Shown: positions 55,951-64,000 of the stretch, one piece after another
Layout of the letters: the number at the start of each line of letters is the position of its first letter
Position numbering within the stretch: position 1 is the stretch's first letter
Origin: Eledone cirrhosa
Lineage: Eukaryota
Direction of reading: 5' to 3'
NCBI GenBank assembly: GCA_964016885.1
Contig: OZ024740.1
Span: forward strand, 296,422,001 to 296,486,000
Length of the DNA: 64,000 nt
Notes under the pieces: model-generated
Seen by the model: only the letters and a program-made list of their open reading frames with translations
Told to the model about the DNA's origin: nothing
Database searches by the model: none
Translations under genes and position numbers: made by a program

Positions 55951-58738
55951 CATTTTTTATTTGGGTGATCCATATTTTATTTAGGGGATCCATTTTTTAT
56001 TTGGGTGATCCATTTTTTATTTGGGTGATCCATTTTTTATTTGGGTGATCCATTTTTTATTTGGGTGATCCATTTTTTATTTTGGGGATCTATTTATTAT
56101 TTGGGTGATCCATTTTTTATTTGGGGGATCCATTTTTTTTTGGGTGATCCATTTTTTATTTGGGGATCCATTTTTTATTTGGGGGATCCATTTTTTATTT
56201 GGGTGATCCATTTTTTATTTGGGGGATCCATTTTTTATTTGGGTGATCCATTTTTAATTTGGGGATCCATTTTTTATTTGGGTGATCCATTTTTTATTTG
56301 GGGGATCCATTTTTTGTTTGGGTTATCCATTTTTTATTTGGGGGATCCATTTTGTATTTGGGTGATCCATTTTTTATTTGGCGGATCCATTTTTTATTTG
56401 GGGGATCCATTTTTTATTTGGGGATCCATTTTTTATTTAGGTGATCCATATTTTAGTTGGGTGATCCATTTTTATTTGGGGGATCCATTTTTTATTTGTG
56501 TGATCCATTTTTTATTTGGCGTATCCATTTTTATTTGGGGGATCCATTTTTTATTTGTGTGATCCATTTTTTATTTGGCAGATTCATTTTTTATTTGGGG
56601 GATCCATTTTTTATTTGGGTGATCCATTTTTTATTTGGGGGATCCATTTTTTATTTGGGTGATACATTTTTTATTTGGGGGATCCATTTTTTATTTGGGT
56701 GATCCATTTTTTATTTGGGTGATCCATATTTTATTTGGGTGATCCATTTTTTATTTGGGGGATCCATTTTTTATTTGGGTGATCCAATTTTTTATTTGGG
56801 TGATCCATTTTTTATTTGGGTGATCCATTTTTTATTTGGGTGATCCATTTTTTATTTGGGGGATCCATTTTTTATTTGGGTGATACATTTTTGATTTGGG
56901 TGATCCATTTTTTATTTGGGGGATCCATTTTTTATTTGGGTGATCCATTTTTTATTTGGGGGATCCATTTTTTATTTGGGAGATCCATTTTTCATTTGGG
57001 TGATCCATTTTTTATTTGGGTGATTCATTTTTTATTTGTTGGATCCATTTTTTATTTGGGGGATCCATTTTTATTTGGGGGACCCTATTTTTATTTGGGG
57101 GATCCATTTTACATTTGGGTGATCCCTTTTTTATTTGGGTGATCCATTTTTTATTTGGTGGATCCATTTTTTATTTGGGGTATCCATTTTTTATTTGGGT
57201 GATCCATTTTTTATTTGGGGGATCCATTTTTTATTTGGGTTATCCATTTTTTATTTGGGTGATCCATTTTTTATTTGGGTGATCCATTTTTTATTTGTTG
57301 GATCCATTTTTTATTTGGGGGATCCATTTTTTATTTGGGGGTTCCATTTTTTATTTGGGGGATCCATTTTACATTTGGGTGATCCATTTTTTATTTGGGT
57401 GATCCATTTTTTATTTGGGGGATCCATTTTTTATTTGGGTGATCCATTTTTTATTTGGGTGATCCAGTTTTTGTTTGGGTGATCCATTTTTTATTTGGGG
57501 GATCCATTTTTTATTTGGGTGATCCATTTTTTATTTGTTGGATCCATTTTTTATTTGGGGGATCCATTTTTTATTTGGGGGTTCCATTTTTTATTTGAGG
57601 GATCCATTTTACATTTGGGTGATCCATTTTTTATTTGGGTGACCCATTTTTTATTCGGGGGATCCATTTTTTATTTGGGGGATCCATTTTTTATTTGGGG
57701 GTTCCATTTTTTATTTGGGTGATCCATTTTTTATTTGGGAGATCCATTTTTTATTTAGGTGATCCATTTTTTAGTTGGGTGATCCATTTTTTATTTGTGT
57801 GATCCATTTTTTATTTGGGGGATCCATTTTTTATTTGGGGGTTACATTTTTTATTTGGGTGATCCATTTTTTATTTGGGGGATCCATTTTTTATTTAGGT
57901 GATCCATTTTTTAGTTGGGTGATCCATTTTTTATTTGTGTGATCCATTTTTTATTTGGCGGATCCATTTTTTATTTGGGGGATCCATTTTTTATTTGGGT
58001 GATCCATTTTTTATTTGGGTGATCCATTTTTTATTTGGGTGATCCATATTTTATTTGCGTGATCCATTTTTTATTTGGGTGATCCATTTTTTATTTGGGT
58101 GATCCATTTTTTATTTGGGGGATCCATTTTTTATTTGGGTGATCCATTTTTTATTTGGGTGATCCATTTTTTATTTGGGGGATCCATTTTTTATTTGGGT
58201 GATCCATTTTTTATTTGGGGGATCCAGTTTTTGTTTGGGTGATCCATTTTTTATTTGGGGGATCCATTTTTTATTTGGGTGATCCATATTTTATTTAGGG
58301 GATCCATTTTTTATTTGGGTGATCCATTTTTTATTTGGGTGATCCATTTTTTATTTGGGTGATCCATTTTTTATTTTGGGGATCTATTTTTTATTTGGGT
58401 GATCCATTTTTTATTTGGGGGATCCATTTTTTTTTTTGGTGATCCATTTTTTATTTGGGGATCCATTTTTTATTTGGGGGATCCATTTTTTATTTGGGTG
58501 ATCCATTTTTTATTTGGGGGATCCATTTTTTATTTGGGTGATCCATTTTTAATTTGGGGATCCATTTTTTATTTGGGTGATCCATTTTTTATTTGGGGGA
58601 TCCATTTTTTATTTGGGTGATCCATTTTTTATTTGGGGGATCCATTTTTTATTTGGGTGATCCATTTTTTATTTTGGAGATCCATTTTTTATTTGGGGGA
58701 TCCATTTTTTATTTGGGGGTTCCATTTTTTATTTGGGG

Positions 58739-58782
58739 GATCCATCAAATAAAAAATGGATCCCCCAAATAAAAAATGGATC
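58739..58782 (-). repeat. Inverted island 25, type C
   Basis: 2 monomers, CATC + CCCC. Confidence 0.95.
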
Positions 58783-59214
58783 CATTTTTTATTTGGGTGA
58801 TCCATTTTTTATTTGGGGGATCCATTTTTTATTTGGGTGATCCAGTTTTTGTTTGGGTGATCCATTTTTTATTTGGGGGATCCATTTTTTATTTGGGTGA
58901 TCCATATTTTATTTAGGGGATCGATTTTTTATTTGGTGATCCATTTTTTATTTGGGTGATCCATTCTTTATTTGGGTGATCCATTTTTTATTTTGGGGAT
59001 CTATTTTTTATTTGGGTGATCCATTTTTTATTTGGGGATCCATTTTTTATTTGGGTGATCCATTTTTTATTTGGGGGATCCATTTTTTATTTGGGGGATC
59101 CATTTTTTATTTGGGTGATCCATTTTTTATTTGGGGGATCCATTTTTTATTTGGGTGATCCATTTTTTATTTGGGGGATCCATTTTTTATTTGGGGGGCC
59201 ATTTTTTATTTGGG

Positions 59215-59297
59215 GATCCATCAAATAAAAAATGGATCACCCAAATAAAAAATGGATCACCCAAATAAAAATGGATCCCTCAAATAAAAAATGGATC
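59215..59297 (-). repeat. Inverted island 26, type D (one A lost)
   Basis: CCTC variant; 79 bp between pivots. Confidence 0.95.
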
Positions 59298-61810
59298 CAT
59301 TTTTTATTTGGGGGATCCATTTTTTATTTGGGGGTTCCATTTTTTTATTTGGGGGATCCATTTTTTATTTGGGTGATACATTTTTGATTTGGGTGATCCA
59401 TTTTTTATTTGGGGGATCCATTTTTTATTTGGGTGATCCATTTTTTATTTGGGGGATCCATTTTTTATTTGGGAGATCCATTTTTCATTTGGGTGATCCA
59501 TTTTTTATTTGGGTGATTCATTTTTTATTTGTTGGATCCATTTTTTATTTGGGGGATCCATTTTTATTTGGGGGACCCTATTTTTATTTGGGGGATCCAT
59601 TTTACATTTGGGTGATCCCTTTTTTATTTGGGTGATCCATTTTTTATTTGGTGGATCCATTTTTTATTTGGGGTATCCATTTTTTATTTGGGTGATCCAT
59701 TTTTTATTTGGGGGATCCATTTTTTATTTGGGTTATCCATTTTTTATTTGGGTGATCCATTTTTTATTTGGGTGATCCATTTTTTATTTGTTGGATCCAT
59801 TTTTTATTTGGGGGATCCATTTTTTATTTGGGGGTTCCATTTTTTATTTGGGGGATCCATTTTACATTTGGGTGATCCATTTTTTATTTGGGTGATCCAT
59901 TTTTTATTTGGGGGATCCATTTTTTATTTGGGTGATCCATTTTTTATTTGGGTGATCCAGTTTTTGTTTGGGTGATCCATTTTTTATTTGGGGGATCCAT
60001 TTTTTATTTGGGTGATCCATTTTTTATTTGTTGGATCCATTTTTTATTTGGGGGATCCATTTTTTATTTGGGGGTTCCATTTTTTATTTGAGGGATCCAT
60101 TTTACATTTGGGTGATCCATTTTTTATTTGGGTGACCCATTTTTTATTCGGGGGATCCATTTTTTATTTGGGGGATCCATTTTTTATTTGGGGGTTCCAT
60201 TTTTTATTTGGGTGATCCATTTTTTATTTGGGAGATCCATTTTTTATTTAGGTGATCCATTTTTTAGTTGGGTGATCCATTTTTTATTTGTGTGATCCAT
60301 TTTTTATTTGGGGGATCCATTTTTTATTTGGGGGTTACATTTTTTATTTGGGTGATCCATTTTTTATTTGGGGGATCCATTTTTTATTTAGGTGATCCAT
60401 TTTTTAGTTGGGTGATCCATTTTTTATTTGTGTGATCCATTTTTTATTTGGCGGATCCATTTTTTATTTGGGGGATCCATTTTTTATTTGGGTGATCCAT
60501 TTTTATTTGGGTGATCCATTTTTTATTTGGGTGATCCATATTTTATTTGCGTGATCCATTTTTTATTTGGGTGATCCATTTTTTATTTGGGTGATCCATT
60601 TTTTATTTGGGGGATCCATTTTTTATTTGGGTGATCCATTTTTTATTTGGGTGATCCATTTTTTATTTGGGGGATCCATTTTTTATTTGGGTGATCCATT
60701 TTTTATTTGGGGGATCCAGTTTTTGTTTGGGTGATCCATTTTTTATTTGGGGGATCCATTTTTTATTTGGGTGATCCATATTTTATTTAGGGGATCCATT
60801 TTTTATTTGGGTGATCCATTTTTTATTTGGGTGATCCATTTTTTATTTGGGTGATCCATTTTTTATTTTGGGGATCTATTTTTTATTTGGGTGATCCATT
60901 TTTTATTTGGGGGCTCCATTTTTTTTTTTGGTGATCCATTTTTTATTTGGGGATCCATTTTTTATTTGGGGGATCCATTTTTTATTTGGGTGATCCATTT
61001 TTTATTTGGGGGATCCATTTTTTATTTGGGTGATCCATTTTTAATTTGGGGATCCATTTTTTATTTGGGTGATCCATTTTTTATTTGGGGGATCCATTTT
61101 TTATATGGGTGATCCATTTTTTATTTGGGGGATCCATTTTGTATTTGGGTGATCCATTTTTTATTTGGGGGATCCATTTTTTATTTGGGGGATCCATTTT
61201 TTATTTGGGTGATCCACATTTTATTTGGGTGATCCAATTTTTATTTGAGGGATCCATTTTTTATTTGGGGGATCCATTTTTTATTTGGGTGATCCATTTT
61301 TTATTTGGGTGATCCATTTTCTATTTGGGTGATCCATTTTTTATTTGGGGGATCCATTTTTTATTTGGATGATCCATTTTTTATTTGGGGGATCCATTTT
61401 TTATTTGGGCGATCCGATTTTTGTTTGGGTGATCCATTTTTTTATTGGGCGATCCATTTTTTATTTGGGTGATCCATTTTTTATTTGGGGGATCCATTAT
61501 TTATTTGTGTGATCCATTTTATATTTGGGGGATCCATTTTTTATTTGGGTGATCCATTTTTTATTTTGGAGATCCATTTTTTATTTGGGGGATCCATTTT
61601 TTATTTGGGGGATCCATTTTTTATTTGGGTGATCCATTTTTTATTTGGGTGATCCATTTTTTATTTGTTGGATCCATTTTTTATTTGGGGGATCCATTTT
61701 TTATTTGGGGGCTCCATTTTTTATTTGGGGGATCCATTTTACATTTGGGTGATCCATTTTTTATTTGGGTGATCCATTTTTTATTTGGGGGTTCCATTTT
61801 TTATTTGGGG

Positions 61811-61854
61811 GATCCATCAAATAAAAAATGGATCCCCCAAATAAAAAATGGATC
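61811..61854 (-). repeat. Inverted island 27, type C
   Basis: 2 monomers, CATC + CCCC. Confidence 0.95.
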
Positions 61855-62286
61855 CATTTTTTATTTGGGTGATCCATTTTTTATTTGGGGGATCCATTTT
61901 TTATTTGGGTGATCCAGTTTTTGTTTGGGTGATCCATTTTTTATTTGGGGGATCCATTTTTTATTTGGGTGATCCATATTTTATTTAGGGGATCGATTTT
62001 TTATTTGGTGATCCATTTTTTATTTGGGTGATCCATTCTTTATTTGGGTGATCCATTTTTTATTTTGGGGATCTATTTTTTATTTGGGTGATCCATTTTT
62101 TATTTGGGGATCCATTTTTTATTTGGGTGATCCATTTTTTATTTGGGGGATCCATTTTTTATTTGGGGGATCCATTTTTTATTTGGGTGATCCATTTTTT
62201 ATTTGGGGGATCCATTTTTTATTTGGGTGATCCATTTTTTATTTGGGGGATCCATTTTTTATTTGGGGGGCCATTTTTTATTTGGG

Positions 62287-62370
62287 GATCCATCAAATAA
62301 AAAATGGATCAACCAAATAAAAAATGGATCACCCAAATAAAAAATGGATCCCTCAAATAAAAAATGGATC
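62287..62370 (-). repeat. Inverted island 28, type D (AACC change)
   Basis: CCTC variant; GGATCAACC in the second unit. Confidence 0.95.
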
Positions 62371-63444
62371 CATTTTTTATTTGGGGGATCCATTTTTTAT
62401 TTGGGGGTTCCATTTTTTTATTTGGGGGATCCATTTTACATTTGGGTGATCCCTTTTTTATTTGGGTGATCCATATTTTATTTGGGGGATCCATTTTTTA
62501 TTTGGGGGATCCATTTTTTATTTGGGTGATCCATTTTTTATTTGGGGGATCCATTTTTTATTTAGGTGATCCATTCTTTAGTTGGGTGATCCATTTATAT
62601 TTGGGGGATCCATTTTTTATTTGTGTGATCCATTTTTTATTTGGCAGATCCATTTTTTATTTGGGGGATCCATTTTTTATTTGGGTGATCCATTTTTTAT
62701 TTGGGGGATCCATTTTTTATTTGGGTTATACATTTTTTATTTGGGGGATCCATTTTTTATTTGGGTGATCCATTTTTTATTTGGGTGATCCATATTTTAT
62801 TTGGGTGATCCATTTTTTATTTGGGGGATCCATTTTTATTTGGGTGATCTATTTTTGATTTGGGTGATCCATTTTTTATTTGGGGGATCCATTTTTTATT
62901 TGGGTGATCCATTTTTTATTTGGGGGATCCATTTTTTATTTGGGAGATCCATTTTTGATTTGGGTGATCCATTTTCTATTTGGGTGATCCATTTTTTATT
63001 TGTTGGATCCATTTTTTATTTGGGGGATCCATTTTTATTTGGGGGACCCTATTTTTATTTGGGGGATCCATTTTACATTTGGGGTATCCATTTTTTATTT
63101 GGGTGATCCATTTTTTATTTGGGGGATCCATTTTTTATTTGGGTGATCCATTTTTTATTTGGGTGATCCATTTTTTATTTGGGTGATCCATTTTTTATTT
63201 GTTGGATCCATTTTTTATTTGGTGGATCGACTTTTTATTTGGGGGTTCCATTTTTTATTTGGGGGATCCATTTTACATTTGGGTGATCCATTTTTTATTT
63301 GGGTGATCCATTTTTTATTTAGGGGATCCATTTTTTATTTGGGTGATCCATTTTTTATTTGGGGGATCCATTTTTTATTTGGGTGATCCATTTTCTATTT
63401 GGGGGATCGATTTTTTATTTGGGGGTTCCATTTTTTATTTGGGG

Positions 63445-63528
63445 GATCCATCAAATAAAAAATGGATCACCCAAATAAAAAATGGATCACCCAAATAAAA
63501 AATGGATCCCCCAAATAGAAAATGGATC
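63445..63528 (-). repeat. Inverted island 29, type E
   Basis: AAATAGAAAA variant. Confidence 0.95.
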
Positions 63529-64000
63529 CATTTTTTATTTGGGTGATCCATATTTTATTTAGGGGATCCATTTTTTATTTGGGTGATCCATTTTTTATTT
63601 GGGTGATCCATTTTTTATTTGGGTGATCCATTTTTTATTTGGGTGATCCATTTTTTATTTTGGGGATCTATTTATTATTTGGGTGATCCATTTTTTATTT
63701 GGGGGATCCATTTTTTTTTGGGTGATCCATTTTTTATTTGGGGATCCATTTTTTATTTGGGGGATCCATTTTTTATTTGGGTGATCCATTTTTTATTTGG
63801 GGGATCCATTTTTTATTTGGGTGATCCATTTTTAATTTGGGGATCCATTTTTTATTTGGGTGATCCATTTTTTATTTGGGGGATCCATTTTTTGTTTGGG
63901 TTATCCATTTTTTATTTGGGGGATCCATTTTGTATTTGGGTGATCCATTTTTTATTTTGGGGATCCATTTTTTATTTGGGGGATCCATTTTTTATTTGGG

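Larger units (their letters stand above)
1..64000 (+). repeat. 20-bp tandem satellite array, consensus GATCCATTTTTTATTTGGG(G/T), about 3,200 monomers, open at both window edges
   Basis: A continuous 20-bp period runs from base 1 to 64000. The two main monomer classes end in GGGT or GGGG, with minority 19/21-bp and point-variant units. I found no unique sequence. Confidence 0.99.
39200..64000 (+). repeat. Irregular 2.5-6.3 kb super-unit repeated about five times
   Basis: Offsets 6257-6259 (39923/46182), 6122 (42796/48918), 5430 (46182/51612), 5184 (52311/57495), 2493 (57495/59988), 3072 (58952/62024) and 11112 (43495/54607). Confidence 0.8.

Noticed and set aside
387-63386. Hundreds of hydrophobic ORFs repeating GDPFFIWVIHFLFGGSIFYL
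   Set aside because: A 20-bp period gives a 20-aa repeat cycling through all three frames. Starts are mostly TTG/GTG inside the monomer, and stops are mainly the TGA of T-type units. ORFs overlap in all frames, and frequent 1-bp indels show no frame conservation.
73-63528. Islands as amplification chimeras, MITEs or intrinsic terminators
   Set aside because: They recur with the same junctions and private variants at homologous positions in duplicated blocks, unlike random chimeras. They contain only satellite sequence, with no distinct termini or target-site duplications, and there is no upstream gene to terminate.
1-64000. CRISPR-like or other repeat-spacer array
   Set aside because: The units abut directly with no unique spacers, and there is no leader or cas gene.
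1-64000. Telomerase-synthesised terminal repeat (T-rich then G-run, strand-biased)
   Set aside because: Inherited multi-kb variant patterns and internal inversions indicate recombinational amplification. There is no canonical telomere motif array and no chromosome end in view.
1-64000. Bacterial iteron, oriC-type GATC cluster or Dam/SeqA array
   Set aside because: There are no genes, DnaA boxes or rep gene, and 64 kb of pure tandem repeat is far outside known bacterial iteron arrays.
1-64000. Strong G-quadruplex array
   Set aside because: G3-G5 runs are separated by about 15-17 nt, much longer than typical stable loops. Weak potential cannot be excluded but is not supported.
1-64000. G/T dimorphism as a binary information code
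   Set aside because: The pattern is copied along with the duplicated blocks and is explained by descent. Nothing in the window suggests a reader or writer.

Overview
The whole 64 kb window is one tandem satellite array with no credible gene, RNA gene, transposon or CRISPR array. The monomer is 20 bp, consensus GATCCATTTTTTATTTGGG(G/T), roughly 3,200 copies (window length / 20). It is strongly strand-asymmetric (15 of 20 bases G or T on +) and carries a GATC in almost every unit. All ORFs in the track are translations of this repeat. Two layers of real structure are visible. (1) Nested duplications are traced by rare variant monomers: about 138 and 240 bp modules, and 0.8, 1.1, 2.5, 3.2-3.3, 4.1, 4.6, 5-6, 7.0 and 11.1 kb offsets. 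(2) I count 29 short reverse-complement islands, always 2 or 4 monomers long. They pivot on the palindromic GGATCC at both ends, share one left-junction scar (GGATCCATC-AAAT) and end in a zero-spacer palindrome. The scar, and rare variants mirrored from the upstream flank, fit a fold-back (template-switch) origin followed by spread through duplication. Several duplication breakpoints lie next to these islands. The organism cannot be identified from the sequence; a eukaryotic heterochromatic or (peri)centromeric satellite is the most likely context, by inference only. Counts and coordinates were read by eye; duplication boundaries are approximate.
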